NCBI GenBank assembly: GCA_030694965.1
Contig: JAUYTZ010000009.1
Coordinates: 66,427-130,426, forward strand
Direction of reading: 5' to 3'
DNA from: Candidatus Paracaedibacteraceae bacterium
Lineage (GTDB): Bacteria > Pseudomonadota > Alphaproteobacteria > Paracaedibacterales > CAIOTO01
DNA: 64,000 bases
In this document: in pieces, positions 32,787 to 41,652 of the stretch
Layout of the letters: each line of letters begins with the position of its first letter
How positions within the stretch are numbered: the first letter of the stretch is position 1
Notes under the pieces: model-generated
What the model was told of the DNA's origin: nothing
What the model saw: the letters and a program-made list of their open reading frames with translations, nothing else
Databases searched by the model: none
Position numbers and translations under genes: made by a program

Positions 32787-33356
32787 CTAGGATGTTTTTA
32801 TTTTTTTCGTTTTTGGTGAGGTTGGAGGAGTAACTATTGAAGCTGGCCTTTTTGTTTGTAAATTACTTTTTACATTCAGATCATTTTTTAGTTGTGAATT
32901 ATTTTTTGTCTGCAAAGCTTTTAGCTGATCACCAAGCTTCTTCTTTTCATTTTTTAAAGCTGCAACTTCTTTTTTTCGAGTAGCTACATCTTCATTATAT
33001 TGCTTTTCAATTGCTCTTCCTTCAGTCTCTTTTTCTGTAATTTTCCTATCAATGTCTGTAATTTCGGCTTCTTTTGCAGCAACGGCTTCCTTAGCAACTT
33101 TTTTAGCAAGTTCAGCTTCTTTTTTTGCCTCTTCAGCAATTTGACGTTCAAGATCATTTTTTTGATTAATTAAGTTTTTCTTTTCTTCTTGTAAATTTCG
33201 CAGTTCAACCATATTTGCCGATGGTCCGCTTCCTGACCCCTCATTTACAGAAACGTTTGAATCCGAGGAAGAATCTGTTTCTTCTGCTTTTATATCAATC
33301 GCACTGCTAAGTATGAATAAACCGATAGTTAGTGAATAACGTATTACTTCGTTCAT
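32787..33356 (-). CDS. secreted coiled-coil protein
   Basis: Signal peptide plus K/E/A-rich heptad repeats. Compositional paralogue of the downstream gene. Confidence 0.55.
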   Translation of the reverse strand: MNEVIRYSLTIGLFILSSAIDIKAEETDSSSDSNVSVNEGSGSGPSANMVELRNLQEEKKNLINQKNDLERQIAEEAKKEAELAKKVAKEAVAAKEAEITDIDRKITEKETEGRAIEKQYNEDVATRKKEVAALKNEKKKLGDQLKALQTKNNSQLKNDLNVKSNLQTKRPASIVTPPTSPKTKKIKTS

Positions 33357-33520
33357 TTTTAAACCTATTTTTTTAATTGTTTCTCTATTATATTTTTAAC
33401 TTTAAAGATTAAAAAAACGTTAATTTTAAAAAATATTTTGAGATCTTTTTTATCTATATTTTTTTATTTATGCTTTTTGTGTATACTTAAAAAAATCTTG
33501 TTTAATTAAGTCTTTCATCT

Positions 33521-34318
33521 ATGCGCTACATGTCTAAATCAGGAACCGCTGCCTTAATAATTGGGTATGCTTTTTTGTATCTGCCCATTTTATTTTTAAT
33601 TACATTTTCTTTTAATGAATCACGATTGCCCGGTGTGTGGACTGGTTTCTCGTTGCGTTGGTATGAGCTTCTTTTTAAAAATGATGCTTTGATTGGGGCG
33701 CTTTGGACAAGTTTTCAAATAGCGGGTATGGCTGCAACTTTTTCTGTTATTCTGGGAACTTTTGCTGCGATTGCAATGGTTCGCTTTGGTAATTTTAAAG
33801 GGCGCACGCTTTTTAGCGGTTTGATATCAGCCCCGTTAGTCATGCCTGAAGTTATCACAGGGCTTGCTTTGCTTTTAATGTTTGTAACCTTCGAGCGTTT
33901 AATTGGGTACCCATCTGAACGAGGGATGATGACAATTACAATTGCGCATACAACACTTGCACTTGCATATGTTTATTTAGTTGTAAGATCAAGACTGCTT
34001 GATTTTGACCGTTCAATTGAAGAAGCGGCACAAGATTTAGGTGCGCGCCCAGTAACGGTTTTTTTGCACATAACGCTGCCTTTAATAGCGCCTGCATTGT
34101 TGGCGGGTTGGCTTTTAGCTTTTGCATTATCACTTGATGATGTTGTTTTAGCGAGTTTCTTATCTGGACCAGGTGCTACCACTTTGCCTATTTTAATTTT
34201 CTCAAGCGTTCGTATGGGAGTGACTCCTGAAATCAATGCTTTGGCTTCAATTATCTTAGGTATTGTGAGTTTAGGGGTGTTGGTTGTAGGGCTTGTGACT
34301 ATTAGATCTAAAAAATGA
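33521..34318 (+). CDS. potC: ABC transporter permease, spermidine/putrescine PotC type
   Basis: 6 TM segments, EAA-loop region SIEEAAQDLGARP, PotC-like N-terminus ITFSFNESR. Confidence 0.75.
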   Translation: MRYMSKSGTAALIIGYAFLYLPILFLITFSFNESRLPGVWTGFSLRWYELLFKNDALIGALWTSFQIAGMAATFSVILGTFAAIAMVRFGNFKGRTLFSGLISAPLVMPEVITGLALLLMFVTFERLIGYPSERGMMTITIAHTTLALAYVYLVVRSRLLDFDRSIEEAAQDLGARPVTVFLHITLPLIAPALLAGWLLAFALSLDDVVLASFLSGPGATTLPILIFSSVRMGVTPEINALASIILGIVSLGVLVVGLVTIRSKK

Positions 34319-34372
34319 TTGGTTGTGAAAATTGCTAGCGCAATGGCCTTTATTTAGGTTAACTTTTACGGT

Positions 34373-35179
34373 TTAGGAAAGACAGCTTTTGACTAATTCA
34401 GGCTTTTCTATTCCAGCCATCATTGTAAAAAAAGTATGCTGACGATCAAGATGAGTTATTTTTGAATCTTCCCAAAAGCGTGTCAACATCAGCCATAAGT
34501 CTGCCATCTGGCCATTTTTAGTTAAAATAGCTTCTTGATAGATTACGTCAAATAAAGTTATAGCAAGTAGATCATACTTTGATTTGTCTCCAACTATGAG
34601 ACGATCACATATTTGCTGAATGCGATTAAAAGTTCCTTGTTGTGCAAGACGTAAAAGCTCTATTGATTCTTCGCGATGAAGTAGGAGAGGCGCTGTTTTG
34701 CTTTTCTCCTCTAGTGACAATACTTGACAACGAGAACGAATTGTTGGTAAAAGAGTGCCGAGAGAGTTACAAAGTAATAAAAAAAGTGTTTTTTGAGGGG
34801 GCTCCTCAAGACTTTTAAGTAGGCTATTTGCACCAAAACGGTTCAAATCCGTAACCTGGTCAATTAATACTACACGCCAGCCAGGAATAAGTGGGCTTTT
34901 ATGCAAAAAGTCAAATAAAGGAGCTAATTGATCAATAAGAATTTCATTGGATTCTTCATTTTTCTGAAGTGTCATGTAATTTCCAAAAGATCCATTTTTA
35001 ATGTGGCGTTCGATAAGATCTTCACGCATGCCATGACCATTCACTGGTGATGATAAAATAAATAATGTAAGGTTGTTTGCAAATGCGCGCGTTTGCTCAC
35101 GAGGCCCATAAATGAGCCAACACGGAGCAAGTTGTCCTCTTTCAAAAAGATGCGCAAGTTTGTTAAATGACGTGTCCAT
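34373..35179 (-). CDS. holB: DNA polymerase III subunit delta'
   Basis: ANSLLKSLEEPP and IRSRCQ motifs; degenerate P-loop (YGPREQTRA). Confidence 0.7.
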   Translation of the reverse strand: MDTSFNKLAHLFERGQLAPCWLIYGPREQTRAFANNLTLFILSSPVNGHGMREDLIERHIKNGSFGNYMTLQKNEESNEILIDQLAPLFDFLHKSPLIPGWRVVLIDQVTDLNRFGANSLLKSLEEPPQKTLFLLLCNSLGTLLPTIRSRCQVLSLEEKSKTAPLLLHREESIELLRLAQQGTFNRIQQICDRLIVGDKSKYDLLAITLFDVIYQEAILTKNGQMADLWLMLTRFWEDSKITHLDRQHTFFTMMAGIEKPELVKSCLS

Positions 35180-35181
35180 AT

Positions 35182-36283
35182 TTAATCTGCCAATTTATGA
35201 GCAAGTGCTGCTTCCAGGAATTCATCAATATCTCCATCAAGGACGCCATGGGCATTTCCTTTTTCAGCGCCTGTGCGTGTATCTTTTACCAATTGATATG
35301 GCTGCAATACGTAAGACCTAATTTGATGTCCCCAGCCAATATCTGTTTTATTTGCGCTTTGTGCATTATGAACTTCTTCGCGTAAACGAAGTTCTCGCTC
35401 GTAGAGGCGTGCCTTAAGCATTTTATATGCCTGAGCGCGATTTTTGTGTTGTGAACGATCATTTTGACACTGCACGACGATATTTGTTGGTATGTGAGTA
35501 ATGCGTATAGCGCTTTCTGTTTTATTAACGTGCTGACCACCTGCGCCCGATGCACGATAGGTGTCAATACGTAAATCTTTTTCTTCGTAGGCAACTTCAA
35601 TGTTTTCATCAACAACGGGATAGACCCATACAGACGCAAAACTTGTATGACGACGAGCATTTGAATCGAATGGAGATATACGTACAAGACGATGTACGCC
35701 ACTTTCATTTTTAAGCCAGCCATAGGCTTGGTAACCTTTGATTTGCATTGTTATTGATTTAATGCCTGCTTCATCTCCAGGATTTTCGTCCATCAATTCA
35801 AGTTTAAATCCACGTTTCTCGCCCCAACGCATATACATGCGGGAAAGCATTTCAGCCCAGTCTTGTGCTTCTGTACCGCCAGCACCAGCATTGATTTCGA
35901 GAAAACAGTAGTTTTCATCGGCTTCACCAGACAAAAGTGTTTCGAGTTGTAAGCGCGCGGCTTCTTTTTTGAGTGCTATAAGCGCTTCTTCTGATTCAAG
36001 AATAAGGATATCATCACCTTCTTCTTCGCCAAGTGCTAAAAAATCAGTGTTGTCAATAACAGATTGTTCAAAATTAAGAATGCGATCAATTGATGCTTTG
36101 AGGGACTCACGTTCTTTTAAAAGCGCTTGTGCTTTACTTTGATTATCCCACAAAGAAGGTGATTCTACTTGAAGGTTTAATTCATTGAGTTTTTTTTGTG
36201 CTGAATCAAAGTCAAAGATGCCTCCGTAATAAAGAAACCGATTGAGCAATGGATTCAACGATTTGTTCAATTTCAGCACGCAT
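35182..36283 (-). CDS. prfB: peptide chain release factor 2 (requires a programmed +1 frameshift)
   Basis: SPF and GGQHVNKTESAIR motifs. The true start is the ATG at 36283 (MRAEIEQIVESIAQSVSLLRRHL), followed by CTT TGA C at 36211-36217. The first 22 residues in the track are an out-of-frame artefact. Confidence 0.95.
36211..36226 (-). promoter_or_regulatory. prfB +1 frameshift site with internal Shine-Dalgarno
   Basis: The minus strand reads CGGAGG CAT CTT TGA C. The SD-like GGAGG lies 3 nt before the CUU UGA C shift site. Confidence 0.9.
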
Positions 36284-36303
36284 TTTTAATATTCTCCGGA
36301 AGT

Positions 36304-37581
36304 TTAAAGTGAATCTTCTACTATTTTGGTTGGGTATCCACTTTCGATAAGTGCTTTACAAATCATATTTGCATGATTTGCATCTCGCGTTTCCACAACA
36401 GCACATACATAGGCTGTCTTAATCATAATGTTATTGAAAAAGCGTTGATGGCTAATTTCAAATATATTACCACCAATTTTACCAATAATTTGTGATAGTT
36501 GTCCTAAGATACCAGGATTGTCTGTAACTTCAATCTTTAAACGCACAAGGCGACCTTCTTGTACAAGCCCCCGCATTAGCAGATTTGATAAAATGCGTGA
36601 ATCGACATTGCCGCCGCAAATGATTGTGCCAACACGTTTTCCTTTGAAAATTTCGCGACTTGCTAAAATAGCAGCTACGCCTGCAGCCCCAGCACCTTCA
36701 GCAATAATTTTATTATTAACAATTAGAGCTTCCATGGCATTTTCAATCATTGGCTCATTAACGATTAGCATGTCATCAAGTACGTCACGTAAAATTTCTA
36801 AGGTCAAGTGCCCAGGCGCTTTAACAGCAATACCTTCTGCAATCGTTTGGCTATCTTTGCGTGCATCAATATGAATTGTATTTGGAAATAAAATTTCAGC
36901 AGTCGAAGGTGAGTAAAGGGATTGAATACCAATAATTTGAATAGCTGGATTGAGTTTTTTTGCAACGATACCAACACCACTTGCAAGCGCACCTCCTCCA
37001 ATAGGTATAAGCAAAACATCTAAATTAGGAATATCAGTAAGCATCTCGATGCCTACTGATCCCTGTCCTATGATTACATTAGCATCATCAAATGGATGAA
37101 TAAGGGCGTGATTGTTTCTTCGCATGAGTTGTAAGGTAAAATCACGTGCATCAAGTATTGTTTCACCGTGAAGAATAATAGACGCGCCATAACTTCGTGT
37201 GCGTTCAACTTTTGCAATCGGGGTGCTTTCAGGCATTACAATTGTCGCCGCTATTCCCATTTTTTGAGCATGGTAAGCGACACTATGAGCGTGGTTTCCT
37301 GAGGACATTGTGATAACGCCTCTGCTTTTTTCCGCATCCGTTAAGTTTTTCATACATACATAAGTGCCTCTTGATTTAAAAGAACCCGTAATTTGTAAGT
37401 TTTCAAGCTTTAAAAATACTTCTCCATCAATAAATTGACTAAGCCATTGAGATTGTATGGTTGGTGTTCTATAAACAACAGATTCAAGTTCTTTTGCTTC
37501 TTGTTCAATTTTTTCAAATGTAACTACTCCTGTTTTGCTTTTGTCAAAATCTCCTTGCACGAGTGATAACGCCTGTTCCAT
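36304..37581 (-). CDS. ilvA: threonine ammonia-lyase (PLP-dependent) with C-terminal ACT-like domain
   Basis: PLP lysine motif GSFKSRG, SSGNHA, GGGALASG glycine loop. Confidence 0.85.
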   Translation of the reverse strand: MEQALSLVQGDFDKSKTGVVTFEKIEQEAKELESVVYRTPTIQSQWLSQFIDGEVFLKLENLQITGSFKSRGTYVCMKNLTDAEKSRGVITMSSGNHAHSVAYHAQKMGIAATIVMPESTPIAKVERTRSYGASIILHGETILDARDFTLQLMRRNNHALIHPFDDANVIIGQGSVGIEMLTDIPNLDVLLIPIGGGALASGVGIVAKKLNPAIQIIGIQSLYSPSTAEILFPNTIHIDARKDSQTIAEGIAVKAPGHLTLEILRDVLDDMLIVNEPMIENAMEALIVNNKIIAEGAGAAGVAAILASREIFKGKRVGTIICGGNVDSRILSNLLMRGLVQEGRLVRLKIEVTDNPGILGQLSQIIGKIGGNIFEISHQRFFNNIMIKTAYVCAVVETRDANHANMICKALIESGYPTKIVEDSL

Positions 37582-37995
37582 AAAAGTTTAAACCAAAAAA
37601 TAAAAGCTATTATTAACTTATAAAACGTATGTTTATAAATTAAAATCAAAATCGGCTTTTTGTTTTTTGCTGGGCTCTTTAGTTTGTTTAAAAGTTCGGT
37701 TTTTGTTGATTTTAATTTAAATGTTCTATTATATAATTTGATATTTTATAAGTTTCTTTGTAATATTAATATTATTTACATTGTTTTTATAAAATTTAAC
37801 TAATTCAGAACTTTTACGTTTTATTTTATAGCTTTATTTTGCTGTATTATTCCTAAATAACAAGTTTTAATGGTTGTTTTTATAATATGTTGTAAAAGTA
37901 ACATAAACGTATTCTAAGATAAATCTTCATTAAGAAAAAATTGTTGCAATTTGTGAATGATTACATTATCAATGAGTTATTAGAAAGGATTAAAA

Positions 37996-38439
37996 ATGAC
38001 TGATACATTAAACGTTTCCACAATTCTTGAGCACACAAGTAGAATCGTTGCAGCTTACGTAGCTAGCCAAAAAACACCAATAGAAGAAATTTCCCATGTT
38101 GTGGGACGTGTTTTTCAATCTTTATCGGAGATTACACGTAACCCGTATGGCATGACTTCACGTTCATTAGCTGCTCCTGCTGTTGCAATTGAAGACTCTG
38201 TTCATGACGATTATATCGTTTGCTTGGAAGATGGTAAGCAACTTCAAATGTTGAAACGCCACTTAAGCACTGTTTATGGTATGACGTTACAGCAATATAA
38301 GGAACGTTGGGACTTGCCACATGATTATCCAGTTGTTTCTCCAAGTTATGCACGCCGTCGTAGCGCAATTGCAAAAAACACAGGTTTAGGAAAAACTGGT
38401 CGTAAAAAATCAAAGTTGTCTATCTTAAAAACAGCTTAG
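37996..38439 (+). CDS. mucR: MucR/Ros family transcriptional regulator
   Basis: IVCLEDGKQLQMLKRHLSTVYGMTLQQYKERWDLPHDYPVVSPSYARRRS aligns with the Ros zinc-finger/DNA-binding core. Confidence 0.88.
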   Translation: MTDTLNVSTILEHTSRIVAAYVASQKTPIEEISHVVGRVFQSLSEITRNPYGMTSRSLAAPAVAIEDSVHDDYIVCLEDGKQLQMLKRHLSTVYGMTLQQYKERWDLPHDYPVVSPSYARRRSAIAKNTGLGKTGRKKSKLSILKTA

Positions 38440-38467
38440 TTTATTCGGCGTATTTATACTATATTAG

Positions 38468-38498
38468 GGTGGCCTATAAAAATAGGTCGCCTTTTTTT
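38468..38498 (+). terminator. rho-independent terminator after mucR
   Basis: GGTGGCCTAT-AAAA-ATAGGTCGCC stem (two G-U pairs) followed by T7. Confidence 0.7.
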
Positions 38499-38540
38499 AT
38501 GTTGAAATTTTGAGTTAGTGCAAATATGCTAAATTGGTAT

Positions 38541-39716
38541 TTAACAATGATTGCCAGCAGCATAACCTGATGACCAAGCCCATTGAAAATTATACCCACC
38601 TAGCCATCCTGTAACGTCAACCACCTCACCAATAAAATAAAGGCCAGGCACATTTTTGCACATCATTGTTTTTGATGACAACTCATTTGTATCCACTCCG
38701 CCTGCGGTGACTTCGGCTTTTTGGTAGCTTTCACTCCCATTGATAGGAACATTTAAGCCATGTACTATATCAGCAATTTCAAAAAGGGTTTCTTTTTTTA
38801 GGTCTGTAATGCTTTTATTGAAATTGGGATGCACAATTAAATGATCGATAAGACGATTTGTTAGAAACCCTTTTAGATAATTAGCTGGTGTTTTTTTGCT
38901 ATTTTTATCAACCATAAATTGTTTTTTTAAATCTATGCTAGGCAACAGGTTTATGGTTATGGTTTTTTTATTAAAATCTTCTAAGTACGATGAAATTTGT
39001 AAAATAGCAGGTCCACTAAGCCCTTTGTGCGTAAATAGTATATTTTCAGCAAACGTTATTTTGTTATAAGTGGCTGTTGATGAATTTGATACACCGCTTA
39101 ATTCTGTAAAAAGTGAACGATGCGATTCGTCAACAATAAGTGGTACAAGGGCAGGTTTTGTTTGGTTTATTTTTATATCAAACTTATGTGCTATGCGGTA
39201 ACCAAAATCACTCGCGCCAATTTGCGGAATGGAAAGGCCCCCTGTTGCAATAATAACAGAAGAGCATGCAAAAGTGCCAAGGTTGCTAAGAATATTAAAA
39301 TTACTATTTTTTAAAACATCATCTATAATACAGTTTGTTTTTATTTCAACGTTATATTTATCGCAGAGATCAAGTAACATTGAAATAATTTGTTTTGATG
39401 AGCCATCACAAAAAAGCTGTCCTAACGTTTTTTCGTGATAGGCAATATTATAAGATTCAACAAGTTCGATAAAATCTTTAGGAGCATAGTTTGAAAGAGC
39501 AGAAACAATAAAATGTGGGTTTTGCGAAATGTAGTTGTTTTTCTTTGCATTAATATTTGTAAAATTACATCTTCCGCCGCCAGAAATTCTTATTTTCTCG
39601 GCAATTTTATGGGTGTGCTCAATAATAAGGGTTTTTCTTCCCCTTTTACCGGCACATATGGCAGCCATTAATCCGGCTGCTCCAGCCCCAATAACTATTA
39701 CGTCGTAGTGTATCAT
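38541..39716 (-). CDS. HI0933/BaiN-family NAD(P)/FAD-dependent flavoprotein
   Basis: YDVIVIGAGAAGLMAA dinucleotide fold and SGGGRCNFTN motif. Confidence 0.8.
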   Translation of the reverse strand: MIHYDVIVIGAGAAGLMAAICAGKRGRKTLIIEHTHKIAEKIRISGGGRCNFTNINAKKNNYISQNPHFIVSALSNYAPKDFIELVESYNIAYHEKTLGQLFCDGSSKQIISMLLDLCDKYNVEIKTNCIIDDVLKNSNFNILSNLGTFACSSVIIATGGLSIPQIGASDFGYRIAHKFDIKINQTKPALVPLIVDESHRSLFTELSGVSNSSTATYNKITFAENILFTHKGLSGPAILQISSYLEDFNKKTITINLLPSIDLKKQFMVDKNSKKTPANYLKGFLTNRLIDHLIVHPNFNKSITDLKKETLFEIADIVHGLNVPINGSESYQKAEVTAGGVDTNELSSKTMMCKNVPGLYFIGEVVDVTGWLGGYNFQWAWSSGYAAGNHC

Positions 39717-39813
39717 GAATTTCTATAAAGAATAAGAGATGATTATGTAAATAATTTTTTTACTATTTTTCACTGTCGCTTTGTAATAGAATTATTTTTA
39801 CAAAAACGTGTGT

Positions 39814-40035
39814 TTAAGCAATGATATCTGGTTGTAAAATACTGCTTAGTTTTAGAATTTTACTTTGTAATTGTTGTTTTTTACGATTTAGCTGATAGTA
39901 ACCAAAACTTAAGGCTCCCTTATTTTCACGAGGGGTGTCTTCAATTTTTGCTTCAAGTGCATTTTTTTCGCTTTGAAAGTTTTTAAGTCTTGATTGCAAG
40001 TCTTTGAGTGTTTCTGAATTAATGATCATGTGCAT
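39814..40035 (-). CDS. small coiled-coil protein, DUF465 (YdcH)-like
   Basis: 73 aa. The LNRKKQQLQSKILKL segment resembles the DUF465 C-terminal helix. Weak call. Confidence 0.3.
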   Translation of the reverse strand: MHMIINSETLKDLQSRLKNFQSEKNALEAKIEDTPRENKGALSFGYYQLNRKKQQLQSKILKLSSILQPDIIA

Positions 40036-40371
40036 TACTCCAATAATTTAGTACTACACCATTAAATGGCCTTTTTGTAGAAAAAATCAAGAGTAAAAGT
40101 AAAAAAATCATTAACAAACATTAGTTTTATCATTTTTTTACACTATAAATGTGGAGGCACATTAAAAACTTGAGTTTTTCCTTCTATAAACTGTTTTTTT
40201 ATATTACAAAACTTAAAAAACTTCGTGCAGTTTTCATGAGATTGTCCTAGGCCACGCTGAACCCACTTTTTATCATTCTTGGGCTTGGTTCAAAGATCTG
40301 TACTCTTAGAAAACCATATAGGCGATTATTGTTTTGAAAACGTTAGAATATTTGCTCTTGAACTGATAAAG

Positions 40372-40395
40372 ATCACCGGGGTCAAGCTCGGTGAT
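40372..40395 (-). terminator. possible terminator hairpin after the TauE-family gene
   Basis: ATCACCG / CGGTGAT 7-bp stem with a 10-nt loop. The downstream tract is only moderately T-rich. Confidence 0.3.
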
Positions 40396-40458
40396 GAATG
40401 GAAGTAGGCTGTTGAATGAAAGTGAATGGTAGCATTGTCGCAGGTTGATTTGAAAAAA

Positions 40459-41550
40459 TTAAGAACGTGATTTTATGCGGATATATCTGCATATAAAATG
40501 CTCTATACATAATGCCAGAATAATAATACCTAATATTCCAACAAAAGCATACGTAATAGGATGATTGTATGCCAGCCTGATCATCCACGAGGCCCAATCA
40601 GGCGTTGCTAATAGCGCATTTTCTAACGGGTTGATTAATTTTGTAGCACCTTTTACCACGGGATTTTGTGCACCTAAATAATGAAAGTCGTAACCAAATT
40701 TGGAACAAATGAGTAAAATAACAATCGCAGCAATAATACCAAGATGGGCTCGTGGCAGGCTATAGCAAAATTTTACACCGAGGTGTGAACCAAAAGCGCT
40801 ACCAAAAAGAAGAGTTAAGGCAAGAGCCCAGTCGCTGGGTGATTGAGTGAATCCGTGTGCAATCATAACTGCAATTGAAATGGCAAACGCAGCAAGAATT
40901 GTTGTGCCGGCGACAACAGGGCTTGACCTGCCAATAAGATAGTAGACGATTGGCATCATAAACAAACTGTTTCCACCGCCAAGGGTTGATGTAAGTAAGC
41001 CTGTAGCTATTCCAACGCTAATTGGAATAATGATGCTCATTTCCACGCGAGCACGTGTGAAAATTCTGTGCAGAGGAAAGTAAATCATCCAATGGCGCAT
41101 CATGATTGATCTTTTTGATTTTTGCGGGTGCAAAAGTAACCGTATGTTTTGATAAAGCATCATTGTGCCAAGAGTACCCAATACAAAAAGATAGGTAACA
41201 GTGAGTTTATCGGCAGCAGTTATGTTTTTTGCAACCATTTCAAGCAGAAAAATTTCGCCAAAGGCGCCAATAATGCCACCAATAAAGAGATACCATGCAA
41301 GAGCAAAGTCGACGTCTCGCTGTCGCCAATAGCTCATAAACCCTATCAAATTTGTGCCAATTGCATTATGTAGTTGAGACGCAACCGCAATCATTGGTGG
41401 AATACCTAGCATTACTAGTAAAGGGGTTACAATAACACCACTTCCGATACCCAGCATTCCAGCAACAACTCCACCCAGTACCCCAATTGCAAGTATAAAA
41501 AAGGGATTCATTACATGGTCAGAAATTGGAAATAAGATATCAAATGTCAT
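40459..41550 (-). CDS. TauE/SafE (DUF81) family anion exporter
   Basis: 363 aa, about 8-9 TM segments with glycine-rich helices (GGVVAGMLGIGSG), typical of DUF81. Confidence 0.6.
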   Translation of the reverse strand: MTFDILFPISDHVMNPFFILAIGVLGGVVAGMLGIGSGVIVTPLLVMLGIPPMIAVASQLHNAIGTNLIGFMSYWRQRDVDFALAWYLFIGGIIGAFGEIFLLEMVAKNITAADKLTVTYLFVLGTLGTMMLYQNIRLLLHPQKSKRSIMMRHWMIYFPLHRIFTRARVEMSIIIPISVGIATGLLTSTLGGGNSLFMMPIVYYLIGRSSPVVAGTTILAAFAISIAVMIAHGFTQSPSDWALALTLLFGSAFGSHLGVKFCYSLPRAHLGIIAAIVILLICSKFGYDFHYLGAQNPVVKGATKLINPLENALLATPDWASWMIRLAYNHPITYAFVGILGIIILALCIEHFICRYIRIKSRS

Positions 41551-41652
41551 AGCTCTATGATGCCTGAGTTTAATAAAAAAGTCACTCTTCTCACGCGTTA
41601 TTCAAATTAAAATTTATCTTACTGTGTTTGGTACTTAATCTATGATTTGAAT

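Noticed and set aside
36214-36279. N-terminus MLKLNKSLNPLLNRFLYYGG of the track ORF for prfB
   Set aside because: These residues come from reading the +1 frame upstream of the real frameshift site. The true N-terminus is in the 0 frame, starting at 36283.
40382-40597. 71-aa minus-strand ORF at the 3' end of the TauE-family gene
   Set aside because: It overlaps the 3' end of the 363-aa transporter gene in another frame and has no supporting features.
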